A stretch of DNA of 64,000 bases from the human T2T-CHM13v2.0 reference genome, Homo sapiens. Location: the NCBI RefSeq assembly GCF_009914755.1, contig NC_060925.1; one strand, given 5' to 3'. The notes under the pieces were generated by a model. It was given only the letters and a program-made list of their open reading frames with translations. It searched no databases and was not told the origin of the DNA. Below, piece by piece: positions 18,190 through 35,229 of the stretch. How positions within the stretch are numbered: position 1 is the stretch's first letter; every line of letters begins with the position of its first letter. A program made the position numbers and the translations under genes.

Positions 18190-18282
18190 AGCATCAGCAC
18201 TAGTGTGAAGCAAGGCAATCATCTAGAGTGCAAAATTTAATGAGGCATTCATTCTCCGGGTCATTTAAGTGCACAACCTTGA
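18190..18282. mobile_element. MER96-like hAT MITE
   Basis: CAGCACTAGTGTGAAGCAAGG...GCAAAATTTAATGAGGCATTCATTCTC...AAGTGCACAACC resembles the recalled consensus. Confidence 0.5.
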
Positions 18283-19064
18283 GGATTCATGCCTTTTTAA
18301 GACTGAGTCTGTGAGAAACAGATTCTCTCATTATTTCTTAATATATAAATACAAGTCAAATGCTTATTCATTGGAAGTCCTGAAAGTCTTATGGAGCCAC
18401 ATTCAGATTCCATGTAGTTTTATGTTATTAAAGTACACATTGGTTATATATTTATTTTTCCAAAATTGTGACCTGGAAAAGTGGAGAAATGTGTTTTATT
18501 TACTTTCCACAAGTCTGAATTAAGATACTTTTTGTCCAGAGTCTGAAGATTGTTGATTCTTGTTGTCATTATTGTTTTTGGTACTGGATATTTATTTAAG
18601 CATGTGATCAGAGAATGAAGAGAATAGATTTAATAGTTGGTATAGGCAGGTTTATCTCCTACTTTATTCAAAGTGTAGGGATGCTTGGTGTGATGTAACT
18701 TGAACTGTACATTTTCTATACACTGAGTATGGTAGATAATGGTAATTGTACATTTAGACCACTGTCTAGTACAATAAACAGCTCTGAAACTTTGGGTAAG
18801 AGCCTCTAAAAGAAGCTACTTCTGGGAGAAATCCCCTGTATTGGAAGTCTTGAATTTTTTTCCTGTTATTTCAAAGGCTTCGGAGATAACTTGTGAAATG
18901 TCAAAACTCAAAAACTTGTACTATACAGAATTAGAGAGGACCTTCCAAATATTCTGAAGCAAGAGCCACATAATTAGCGTCACTTTCATGAGATTGGAAT
19001 TGGTGTGTCATCAAGGAATATTAATACTTTTTGGCAATCAAATAATTTCTACTCTAAGCTATAT

Positions 19065-19760
19065 ATTCACCTGGGCACTGGGTACTTTCAAATGTTCAAA
19101 AGACACTACTGATGTCTTCATGGGGCTTACAGTCTGTTAGAGAAAACAGATCTCTTAAAAATATGACATAATAAATGTAAGTGCTACACAAGAGATGTAG
19201 CTATTGTGACAGTTAAAAATGGAAACATTTCCACTTGCCAGGGTAAGTGTCCCTAGGAAGTGATACTCGAATGAATGAAATTCAGAGTCTGAATCATCAA
19301 CGCAAAAAGAACAAGGAATAATATTTCAGAAAGGGAGATCAACACACAGATGGAGGGAGAAAAAAAGTAGAAAAGACTGAAAGAAGACTGGTGTATCTTG
19401 ACTGAGAGAGAACGAGGAGGCACAAGGGCAATAAGACTTTGGAGATAACTTAGGGATAAATTATGTGAAAGCCTCTTGGTCAAGTTATTATACCAGCAAT
19501 GAGAACCCAACAAAATATTTTAGACAGAATATAACAATTATCATACTTACATTTCAAAATCTTTGCCTTGGATATAGTATGGAGAACAGTTTGGAGTTGC
19601 GTCAGAGTGGTGTTTGGAGACCATTTAAGGAGCAATTGAAGTATCCATTGCAGAGATAATGTGAGCCTAAAGATAAAGGGTGATAAAAATGGAAATAAAT
19701 GAATAGATTCAAGAGATGTTTTGAAGGCAAAATTGACAGTTTTAACTCTGTAAGTTAGTG
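19065..19760 (-). mobile_element. L2 fragment
   Basis: CTGGGCACTGGG...TCATGGGGCTTACAGTCTG...AAGTGCTA is typical antisense L2 3' region. Confidence 0.6.
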
Positions 19761-20171
19761 AAGCTGTTGATAGAAGAATCACACATATAATTTAAACTCT
19801 GTGCAGTGAATCTTTGTGGGAATACGTATTTACCAGAATATCTTAATTTCAGTAGTTCATGGAGAATGGAAGATTTTAGATATATAACCTGGGACCAATA
19901 TGGAGGGTAGCCCAGACAGAATTCACATGTAATTTGAGAGATATGTCAAAAAATACATGGAAAGAGGTAGAGGTAGATAAAAAGATGAGGTAAGGAGATT
20001 TTGTGATATAGTTTTTTTTAATAACATAAAAAGCAGGAAATTTAAATTAAAAAGATTCAGAATCAAGTTATTACTGTTATCACATTCTGGCTCTAAGATT
20101 TGGGCAGACCACCTAATACCTGGATCTTAACTCAGAGATACTGTGGGCAGAGACTCAGAACAAGATAATGT

Positions 20172-22012
20172 AATTAGAAATAAATTTAACCAAGGAGGTG
20201 TAAGATCTGTACTCTGGAAACTATAAGATATTGATTAAAGACATTGAAGAAGATACAAATAGAATGATTGCTTGTGTTCATTATTAACATTGTAATATAA
20301 TTAATATTATAAAAATGGCCATTCCACTCAAAAAGAACTATAGACTCCATGCAATCCTTATCAAAATCCCAATGGCATTCTTCAGAGAAATAAGAAAAAA
20401 ATTCCAAAATTTGTATTGAATCAGGAAAGATTCAAGGTAGCCAAAGCAATCTTGAGAAAGAAGAACAAATCTGGAGTAATCACACTTTCTAATTTCAAAG
20501 TGCATTACAATGCTACAGTAATCAAACTAGTGTGGTACTTGCATAAAAACAGACACATAGACCATTGCAATAGAATGAACAACTCAGAAATAAACTCAGG
20601 CGTATATGGTCAATTAATATTTGACAAGAGTGTCAACAATACAGAAAATGGGGACACGATAATCTCTTCAATAAATGGTGTTGGGAAATTGGCTATCTTC
20701 ATTAAAATAAATAAAATTAGATGGCTATTGTATATCACTCATAAAAATTAACTTGAAATAGATTAAACTTAAATGCAAGCTCTGAAACTATAAAAGCAGG
20801 GAAAAAGAACATAAGGTAAAAGCTTTTGACAATGTTCTTTGCAATGACTTTTTGGATACAACACCAAAAGCACAAGAAACAAAAGCAAAAATAAGTAAGT
20901 GGGACTATATCAAGTTAAAGTTTCTGTAAGGCAAAGAAACAATCAACTAAATGAAAAGTAAATAAATTTTATCTTACTGTTATAGAGTAAAATAAAATAT
21001 CTGTGATATGGTTTGGCTTTGTGTCCCCATCTAAATTTCATCTAACTGTAGTCCTTTCTCAACACCTCGATTACAATTAGAGATGAGATTTGGGAGGGAC
21101 ACAAAACCAAACCATATCACAGATATTTTGAGAGGTAGGAGGTGATTGGGTCATGGGGGCTGTTTCCCCCATGCAGTTCTCATGATGGTTAGAGAGTTAT
21201 CGTGAAATCTGATGGTTTTGTAAGTGTTTGGCAAGTTCCTCCTTCACTCACACTTCTCCCTTCTGCTGGCTTGTAAAGAAGGCGCCTGCTTCCCTTTCAC
21301 CTTCCAACATGATTGTAAATTTCCTGAAGCTTCCCCAGCCATGTGGAACTGTGAGTCAATTAAGCCTCTTTCATTTATAAATTACCTAATCTCAGGTATT
21401 TCTTCATAGCAGTGTGAGAACAGACTAATACAATCTGCAAGCCATATGTCCAATAAGGTTTTAATATCCAGAATATGTAAGAAACTCATACAACTCAATA
21501 GCAAAAATTAGTCAAACAAACAAATATCAAAAACAAATAATTCAACTAAAAATGGGAGAAAGCGCTTGAATAGACATTTATCCAAAGTAAGTATACAAAC
21601 GACCAACATGTACATGAAAAAGATGCTCAACTAATCACCAGGAAATGTTATTCAAACCCAGAATGAATGATTACTTCACACCTGTTAGGATGACTGCTAT
21701 GAAAAAGTTTAAGCTATAACAAATTTGGCAAAGAGATAGAGAAAAGGGAACGCTTGTATACTATGAAGAAGGTGGTGATGCAGATTGATACAGTTGTTAT
21801 GGAAAACAGTCTGGAGTTTCCTCAAAAAATTATAAATAGAACTACCGTATAACCCAACAATCTCACTTCTGGATATATATCTGAAGGAACAAAATCAATA
21901 GTTTGAAGAGATATGTGCACTCCCATGTTCATTGCAGCATTACTCACAATAGACAAGACATGGAAACTACTTAAGTGTTCACTGACAGATGAATGAAGAA
22001 ATTGTGGTGTGC
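20172..22012 (+). mobile_element. L1MA/L1MB ORF2 3' part, interrupted by an LTR
   Basis: ORF 20416..20751 (KVAKAILRKKNKSGVITLSNFKVHYNATVIK) is ORF2p-like. L1 text resumes seamlessly across the LTR (AAAATATCTG|CAAGCCATATG). Confidence 0.85.
21004..21432 (+). mobile_element. THE1D/MSTA-type (ERVL-MaLR) solo LTR with perfect 5-bp TSD ATCTG
   Basis: Starts TGATATGGTTTGGC and ends GGAACTGTGAGTCAATTAAG...CAGACTAATACA. ATCTG lies at 20999-21003 and 21433-21437. Confidence 0.92.
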
Positions 22013-22288
22013 ATATATGTGTGTGTATGTATGTGTGTGTGTATATATATGTGTGTGGGTGTGCATATATAGATCAATTAAATATTTTAATATTGTAATT
22101 ATGGCCCTTTAAAAATTTTAGAAAAAAATACATTTGTGTCACAAGTTCTCCACAGCAAAAGAAACAAGTTTTTTGTTGTTATTATCTCTAGAAAAGAAAG
22201 AACAAGTTAAGATAAAATAATTAAATACCACAGAGCCATTTGTGTTAGGTTTGTAGTTACAAACATACCTTGGAACTTGAGAGGGTAG

Positions 22289-22649
<361 letters not shown>

Positions 22650-23354
22650 TAATCTGTGCATTCTATTGAAAATTTATTTAAATTAGAGTGAAGGAAAAAA
22701 ATAGACATCCACCTACAAAGAAAAAAAGAAACAGAGTAGATATAACAAACATTTAATATCAATAAAATTCTAGAAGCCAGAAAATGGTTGGAAAGTGGTA
22801 CTTTCATTTAGAAGATGGTAAAAAAATAAAATCTAAGTGTTCAGAGAGCAAGCCAACAAGTAAGACCTTCATGTCAAAGAATCCACTAAGTCTTAGTACT
22901 TAGAGACACCAGGTACCTCTGGAAAATAACCATTAATAAATTTTGAAGTTTATAAGAAATATGTAGATCCTCTAAGCCTTTCCTCTGTTTGAAAAAACAG
23001 ACACATTTTCTGGCAACCTCTGGCAAAAGAATATGGAAAGACTGAACAAGACAAACGGTATTTAGGGATAAAAGAGAATGGGCATGAAACACGGTTTTTA
23101 AGAAAAATAGTGGAAAATAGTAAATTTTAATATTGAAGTCCCTTATACCTCTGGATTCTCAATATTCCTAATTGCATTGCTTTGTGCCAAATGAGGCACA
23201 AGAAAATGAAGATCTTCTGTCTACTGTCTACAATAAAATGTCCTTTTTTCTTGGATCCTCTAGTCTTGTGTTTTCTGCCAACATTCATGAAAATGAGGCA
23301 TGTTAATGTGCTAGCTTGCAATTAGGGCAAAATATCAGCCACTTCATAATTCTT

Positions 23355-23470
23355 AATGGTCACATATTTACAAATCAGAAAACAAGGCTCACAAGGTTAG
23401 GTGATATGTTCAAGGTCACATAACTAACAGAGCATAAGGTCAGATATGAACCTGCCTATATGACTCCAAC
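23355..23470 (-). mobile_element. MIR fragment
   Basis: ACAAATCAGAAAACAAGGCTCACAAGGTTAGGTGATATGTTCAAGGTCACATAACTAA is the antisense MIR core. Confidence 0.65.
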
Positions 23471-24584
23471 TTCACCAACAGATATGTTATTTGAGTTAAC
23501 TATTTGATAAGCGAGACATCTTAGTAAAAAGGATTTAGTGATGGGGGAAGTTATCTGTGTAACACATTCACATAGGATATATCGGGCTTTCATTGGCATG
23601 GTTATTAAGAATTATCTATAAATACTTCGGAAGAAGAAGCTTTACCTTCCCTTAAAGCAAGCAAAACTCTAAGGATGGTCTTCTTAAAAATCTGCAATGG
23701 ACCCTGGAACAGTAAACTTTTCCTGAGTGTTATTATAATATATTCCTTCTTTTGAAGGATTTCTGGATGACATTAATTATAACAATGAGGTCTTAAAGTA
23801 ATGTGATGTCCAAGAACGCTACTCTTTATTATCCTTAACTTCAAAACAAGAGTGGCAAGTGTTTAGTCCAACAGAAAATAAAAATCAAACTGGAAAAACC
23901 ACAAAGTGATTTCAAACACATGAAGCTGCTGCTACTGCTGAATAATGGTTAGCCTTGACCAACATCTCTCTTTCCCACTTCTTCTGATTGCCTTCCAACT
24001 ACAGGAACCACAGGAATTAACTCTAGGCAAACAAAGCCCTGGACGTGTGATAATAATCTTTGCCACAAAATACATGAGCTAGTCTGGAAAACCTCACCTT
24101 CAGAAGAGGACTTTCATTTTTGTTAATGCATTGCAAACTTTTTCGGAGATGCCTGCGCTGAGTAGAACTCAATGAAGTTGTATGGTGGGTAACAATAAGA
24201 AGAGATACATAATAGTTCCTGGAAAATCTAGAAAAACACTTTCTTCCCAATAGTCTTCCTTTTCATTCTTTAAAGCTCCTATTACAGAGCTAAAAAAAAG
24301 GATGTTCCACTATTAAAAAAAAAGTTATTGTTAAAAATTCAAATTTGTCTTGGTACCCAAAGATTCCCTAATGTCTTTGGACTTCTCAAGGGAGTCCAGC
24401 AGCCTCCAGAGGATGGGAGGAGCAGAGTAACATACTCTTATGCTTATTTCTCCTCAACAATGGTCTCAGCTTCCAAATCTATTTCTCTAGGCATTTAAGT
24501 ATCAAGATATGTTATTAGTGACAGACTCAAGATTCAAATCCAATACACCTTAACCCCCAAATTGCAATATTTATATTTCTTATT

Positions 24585-25105
24585 TTTAAATTAAATAAGC
24601 AGTAATTGGGCTAAGGCTGTCTCTATGCTTTGAGTTCCCATAGGGAAAATAACAACAACAACAAACCAACAATAAAAGCTCTGTAACTAACTTATTATGT
24701 AAACACATCAAAACCTAACTTAGGAGGCTATATATATATATAAATTTTATATATAATAAATTATATATATAAATTATATATATATAAATTATATATATAT
24801 ATATAAATTAGCTAGGTTTTCAATCACAGACAGGTAAGCTTCATCCAATCATAGACAACAAACTGATCAGATCATAACCAAATAAGGTAAATGCCTCATC
24901 ACACCACACCCAAATAAGGCAAATGCCTAGCTTTAGCCAATCAGGTGATTGCTCTACTCTGCCTGATGTCTGGCTTGTAAAAGTTCTCTGCTCATGCTTC
25001 TGGGTAGAGCTCACTAAACTTCTGGTTCTGAGTGCTGCCAGATTCATGAATTGTTTTTTGCTAAAATAAACTGTGTTAAATTTAATTTGTGTAAGGTTTT
25101 TAACA
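24585..25105 (+). mobile_element. ERV1-class solo LTR (MER31/MER67/LTR54-like) with internal (TA)n expansion
   Basis: Repeated CCAAATAAGGYAAATGCC and CCAATCA boxes, AATAAA near the 3' end, ends ...TTTTAACA. TA tract at 24729-24810. Confidence 0.65.
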
Positions 25106-26214
25106 TTATGCTGTCTTCCCACTGGAAAATGCCTCAATGGAAGATAGAGACAAGGATCCACTAAAATGGCAATAAACAGCACCAAAACTCAAATTTGCCT
25201 TATTTTAGAATTTTCCATAGTGATTTCATATAGCCCTCAAAACTCAAAAGAATAATAAAAAATAAACAGAAGTCACAGATTATTCAGGAGCAAACTAAGG
25301 CCATATCAAAAACTTCAATATGATATTTTTAGCTAAAGTCTTCTTCAATTAATTTTTCTTACAGGAAAAGCACTGTGGAAGTGAATGTAAGAATTATGCT
25401 TATCAATATGCATAAGCATGTAAGCGTCAAAGTATTTGATGCTGAAGTTTAGTGCCCAGAAAAGTGCTGGTCATTTAGCAAATTACTGATTGATAAAAGT
25501 TAAATATGTGAATAAATGAATGAGTGATTAAACTAATTTTTGTTTCTGTCTTCAACTTCAGCTAATCCTATGACTAAACTCATTCACACCACATTTTCTG
25601 AACTAACCCAGATCATATCTGGAAGTTTATTAGAAGCTTCATCTTCATTAGTAGGTAGAGTCTAGAATTAATCTTGAGCCCCTGTCTAGGTGCTCCACAA
25701 GCCTGTGATTTGCTTTTAAGCTCTCCTGAACCATCTAAGCAGCACATTTCTACTTTAGCCTCCATTGCATAAATCAGGTCCATATGAGTAAGTTCCTTCT
25801 AGGATCAGAGATCCACCTTAATGAGTGAACTTTTGATCTTCATTCTAACCCCATCTTCTTGCCACAGAGGCTCATACTCATACTTTGTTCTAGCAACTGA
25901 TTGGTTTGTTATCTTGCTAGGGATATCAACTACCACACCTTACTCATCATACGAAACCTATTAGATATTATGCAGTGTTTTATATTACTTAATGTATTTA
26001 AAGTTTTCCCTAGATAATACCTTCTTCAAAAGCAATGATTTTCTTGTTTTGTTTAATCCATTTGTTGAATACTACGCTAGGGCTATAATATATATTCAAT
26101 AAATGCTTGTTCATTGACTAAACATTTTTTGTTCTAGCAATTTTTCTCTGATATGCAATATGATAGAGCATTAATTTTTCTGTTCAGTAATAATTCAGAT
26201 TAATCATGATTATT

Positions 26215-26390
26215 TTGAATTATTTTATTCTACTGACACATAATAAATGCACATATTTTCAAGACAAAGGTGATAATTTAATACATTCATGTATTAGTAA
26301 AGATCAAATCAGTGTAATTGTGACATCTGTGGCCTTAAATGTTTGTCCTTTCTTTACATTAGAAAACTTCAAGTTATTCTCTTCCAGCTA
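26215..26390 (-). mobile_element. L1MA 3'-end fragment
   Basis: TGACACATAATAAATGCACATATTT...GATCAAATCAGTGTAATT...CTCTTCCAGCTA. Confidence 0.6.
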
Positions 26391-27199
26391 ATTGAAATTA
26401 GTATTTCTAATTTTAAGCTATGTTTTCTAAAAGCTATTATAATTTTATTTAGTCCTATATCCACTGCTCATAATATTATTTTCTCAGCATTCCCATCAAC
26501 GACACTCATTTTAAACTTTCAACAGGCAATTTTAGTTTACATTAAGTAGTCTTAATAAAGTTTTGAATAAAGCAATCAATATTATCAATGTGCTCAGCAA
26601 AAAAGAATAAAGAATATAATTTTAGAAGTACTTATCTGAATTAATAAATTTTAGATAGCTATCATTTAGAAGACAAAATCAACAAATACTTATTAAACAT
26701 CTTTGCCTTGTACATTGTTAGATCCTGGGAAGGAGATAAATAAGTTAAAGGAAATTATTTCTGCCTCTGCGGAGCTAAGGAACCATGTGAGTAACATGTA
26801 TATCTAAGTTTAAAATAACAATTATCTGTACACCAATTCGAGGTTCAGATAAACAAGAGATCAGTGTAGGTTAGAGGGTATAAAAGAACCTCCTCTGGAC
26901 ATGAGAATTAACCCTAAGCCTTTTGAGGTGGATATAAATAGAGTGGAGGAAATTAACCATGTGGAGCAAGAACACTAGCACATATATAAGGAATAGAAAG
27001 ATGGCTATTTTCTTAAGACAAAAAAGATATAAAGCTGAAAAGGAATCTTGGTACAGACTGCAGTGCAGTAAAAATGATGTTAAAGCACTATTTTCTCTAT
27101 TGAATGTGCATTTTAAAAGAGAGAGAGAGAAAGAAATCTGAAATTAGCAATAAGAGGATACTGTACTTACTGGACATATAAGGCACCTCCTAAAAGGTC

Positions 27200-27865
27200 T
27201 ATTTTATTAGTTGAGAATTCAGCAGGAAATAGGTGGCTCATTCACAGGATGTAGTTAAAGAGCATTTAATGAAGGAACTATTTACAGGATTGTGGGGGTT
27301 TAAGGAATCCACAAGGGCTGGTGAATCACCCAGAGAGTAGCAAGTGGGAAGCTGCTACCATCTTAGGCTTGATGTGGTAAGGGGAGAGAATGCTATTAAC
27401 AGGAACCCAGAGAGAAACAGAACACTGGAAGAGGATCTCCAGATGGAAGCCACAAATGGACCTACTGAAAAGCTATTGCCTAGCAAGGGCTAGGGTATGG
27501 TCAATAGACCACTTCTCCTTTTCATTGCGTCTATTTGTTAACCCAGTGGTTCATAATGGGGATATCTTTGGGAGTGTCTGGAGACATTTCTAATTGCTGC
27601 AACTGGAGGAATGAGAGCATTGGCATCTGGTGGATTGAGGACAGAGGTGCTGATAAACATCCTGCAATGCACAGAATAAAGCACCTCTCACCCCCACCAC
27701 CCGACAAATAATTATTCAGCTGAAAATGTCAATAGTGTCCAGGTTGAGAGATTTGGTTGAATTAACCAAATCTAATTGGAAGCCAAAGGAAAAGGGGACT
27801 AAATGATATAGCCCATTGGCATCAGCCTTTTGGGAAAAAATTAGTGCACAGAAGGGCAGAATAAA
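27200..27865. mobile_element. Old ERVL LTR (LTR33-like), interrupted by MER20
   Basis: CAGCAGGAAATAGGTGGCTCATTCA...TTTAATGAAGGAACTATTTACAGG; resumes after MER20 (AACCAAATCTAATTGGAAGCCAAAGG). Confidence 0.45.
27544..27756. mobile_element. MER20 (hAT-Charlie)
   Basis: CAGTGGTTC...GTCTGGAGACATTT...TAAACATCCTGCAATGCACAG...AAAATGTCAATAGTGTCCAGGTTGAGA. Confidence 0.85.
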
Positions 27866-28183
27866 GCTCAGAAAGTTGATGTCAAAATAAAAAATAACAA
27901 GGACAGGATCAGTTTTTTCTATATATTTTCAAAATGATCAACTAGTTTGATGATAATTTAGTAAAAATATACAATTAAAAATATTTGCTATTGAAAGTAA
28001 TATGCCATTTGTTGCAATATCTTATAAGTTAGCAGGTCAATTTGAAAAGAGGAGAATTAAGTTAAACAGTCTTAATGCCATAATCAGGGCAAAGTAAGAG
28101 GAAAACATCATTAAATATAATTGTTCCTTTAGTAAATGGGTCAATAGCTTATGGAATTGTTTCAATTTAGAAAATACATTTCA

Positions 28184-28509
28184 GGCCAGGCGTGGTGGGT
28201 CATGCCTGTAATCCCAGCACTTTGGGAGGCCGAGGCAGGCAGATCATCTGAGGTTGGGAGTTCGAGACCAGCCTGACCAACATGACCAACATTGAGAAAC
28301 CCTGTCTCTGCTAAAAATAAAAAAGTAGCTGGGCATGGTGGTGCATTCCTGTAATCCCAACTACTCCGGAGGCTAAGGCAGAAGAATCGCTTGAACCTAG
28401 GAGGCGGAGGTTGCGGTGAGCCAAGATTGCACCATTGCACTCCAGCCAGAGCAACAACAGCAAAACTCTTCCTCAAAAAAAAAAAAAAAAAAAGAAAAAA
28501 GAAAAAAAA
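28184..28509 (+). mobile_element. AluSp-like with a 9-bp internal tandem duplication (TGACCAACA x2)
   Basis: Full dimer with GCCTGACCAACAT.GAGAAACC and a long A tail. Confidence 0.9.
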
Positions 28510-29638
28510 TTAACTTATTTAAATAATAAATTTTAAAAAGCCAATATTTAAATATTTGTTTTTACATTTCAACATTTAAAAATTGATTTTAAATATTTAA
28601 TTTTACATTGAGAATAATTGTACACTTGATTTTTTTCTTCAAATACAATATTTGTTTAAATAGAAAGGAAAAAATATATGTAGGAATATGAAATTCAATT
28701 TCCCACCAAATGAGAATGGCTTATAGCAGCACCAGAAGAGGGCCTTTACTTTCTAGTTTTTAATAACAATATGGTCCTGAAATCCTTTCTTACCAATCAC
28801 TTAACTAAAAATTGTATCATGGTCTTTTTTTATGAAGTTTTATTTTTTTTAGATTGTGTTCAAGTGACTCAAAAATGAAATAAAATATCATCAATTATCT
28901 TTATTTTTACAACAAATATTTGGAAATTGAGTATCTAGCTGCATGAATCATTAATCAAGAGCTTTCATTTATTTGTAGATATTAGAATTATGTGGATACA
29001 GTCATTGTGTCATTGAAATGTTGCTGGAGTTAGTTTTAACTAGTATACACAGAAGTAATAACATCATTTCCAAGATTGCATTTTAAAATTTAGGACAGAA
29101 GCTCAGTTCTCCGCTGGAAGATGATTGTAGCAAAATGCAACTTTTCCAACAAGAGAACTATTGTGTCACTAAAAAAAAGAGTTTCACTAGTCTACACCAA
29201 TAACTATATAACACATACACAGTTCAGACTGCTTTGTGGTCAGTAATTTTTCACATATATTTAATTTTCAGAAGGTTGATTGTATTTGACTGTGCCTTCA
29301 CCTCGACTCCTCTGATAACTGAAGCAGGTGGTGCTGAGCCCAGCAATTCAATCATTACAGCCCTGAAATGATTCATCTTATACCCTCAAAACAAGTCCTT
29401 CTAGCTTCTCAATTATGGTTTGCCATGTGTGAATGCAGACTCTATGAATGACTAGTGACTACATAATTTAGGTGCAAAAGAATAACCATTACGGCATTTA
29501 GATCCTTATCATTATGTTGCATTTCCTGTGCTTATTTCACAGTAGCTGAGAGGCCTGCTCTTATAACAGCTCATCCAAATAAAACCTTGAAAGGTATCAA
29601 TCACAAAACCTAAATGTTTGGTTTTGTGTATGTGGAGA

Positions 29639-33792
<4,154 letters not shown>

Positions 33793-34309
33793 GTGTGTGG
33801 AGATTTTTTTTAAAGTTTATTAGAAATCCTTAGCTTTCTGCAAGTTACATATAGATATATATTACCTATTGTATATATTACAATATATATTGCTTTTATT
33901 GAGAAATATATTTTTGTGTTAAGTATGCTTTAAATATGTACACAATTGTGTTAAATTGTGTTAAATATGTGTTAAATATTCTGGCCATGTGCTCTGCTTT
34001 TACAAAAAGCACATCCCCAAAAGTACATGGAATATATTGTAATATATACAATCATGAATTAGACAAAATGGGTTTTTAATGTCTTCACACTACACTGGCA
34101 GGCTGCTCATTTCCCCTCTGCCCCATATGCCCCTATATGCCAGATGAAATCTTTTTGCTTGTACACCACATAAAAGCATTCCCACAGGACCTTTCTCCTC
34201 CTAAAATCACAAATATCAATGGGTTTTAAGTATTTCATATAGTTTCCTTTTCATTATATATTTTCCTTTTTTGCAGCAGTTGTTTGAAGTTAATGCCTAA
34301 GCCAATACA

Positions 34310-34790
34310 AGAAATTAAGGAATAATTCATTCAAAAGGAATGCTACTATGTGTTTGGTGCTGACATAAGCACTGGTAATACAGGAGAAAAAAAAAAAGTA
34401 AGAAGAGCCCTTGACCTTATACTGCTTACATTCTAAAAGCTTAGCAGTAAGACAATGAATAAATGAAATAGGTAATTTAAACAATTATACCCACATACAC
34501 ATAATAATGAGTTGAAGTTTTAGTTGGATTGATCAGTGAAGGCTTTGCTGAGAAGGTGATAATGGAGTAAATGCTCAAAGCAGATGAGGTAGCAAACCTT
34601 TGAAACATCTATGGAAAGCAAATATTGAGCAGAGGAAAACAGCATGTGTAAAAGCCCTAAAGTGTGAGCACTACTGGCAGCATAGAAAGAAGGCCGGTGC
34701 AAATAAAAAGGAATGAGCCAAGAAAAGAGCAAATGACTCTGAGAGAGAACAGGATCTATATTGGGTGCAATTACATGTTGGGTCTTAAAA
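34310..34790 (-). mobile_element. L2 fragment
   Basis: ATTCATTCAAAAGGAATGCTACTATGTG...GCTTACATTCTA...GGAAAACAGCATGTGTAAAAGCCCT. Confidence 0.6.
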
Positions 34791-34902
34791 CGTTTTTAAA
34801 TATTATTGATAACTCTTCTACCATCCTGCTATTAGAAAGCAGCATGGTGTCTGTGTGTGTGTGTGCGGGTTGGGGATTATGTGTGTGCTAAGAATGATAA
34901 CA

Positions 34903-35073
34903 TAGCAGGTGTAGTGGTGTGCTCCTGTAATGCCAGCTACTTGGGAAGCTGAGGTGGGAGGATTGCTAGAGCCCAGAAGATTGAAGCTGCATTGATCTGT
35001 GATCACACCACTGCACTCTAGCCTCAGCGACAGAGCAAGATCTTGCTTCAAAAAAAAAAAAAGAAAAAAAAAA
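34903..35073 (+). mobile_element. FRAM / AluJ right monomer
   Basis: Single right-arm monomer with an A tail. Confidence 0.8.
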
Positions 35074-35074
35074 C

Positions 35075-35196
35075 TATATATATACACATATATATATACA
35101 TATATGTGTATATATATACACACATATATATACATATATGTGTATATATATATACACATATATGTATATATATATGTGTATATATATATATATATA
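35075..35196. repeat. (TA/CA/TG)n alternating purine-pyrimidine tract, palindromic
   Basis: Directly visible; produces the YI-rich spurious ORFs. Confidence 0.95.
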
Positions 35197-35229
35197 GCCT
35201 GAACATACTGATGGCTCTAAAATTTCCTA

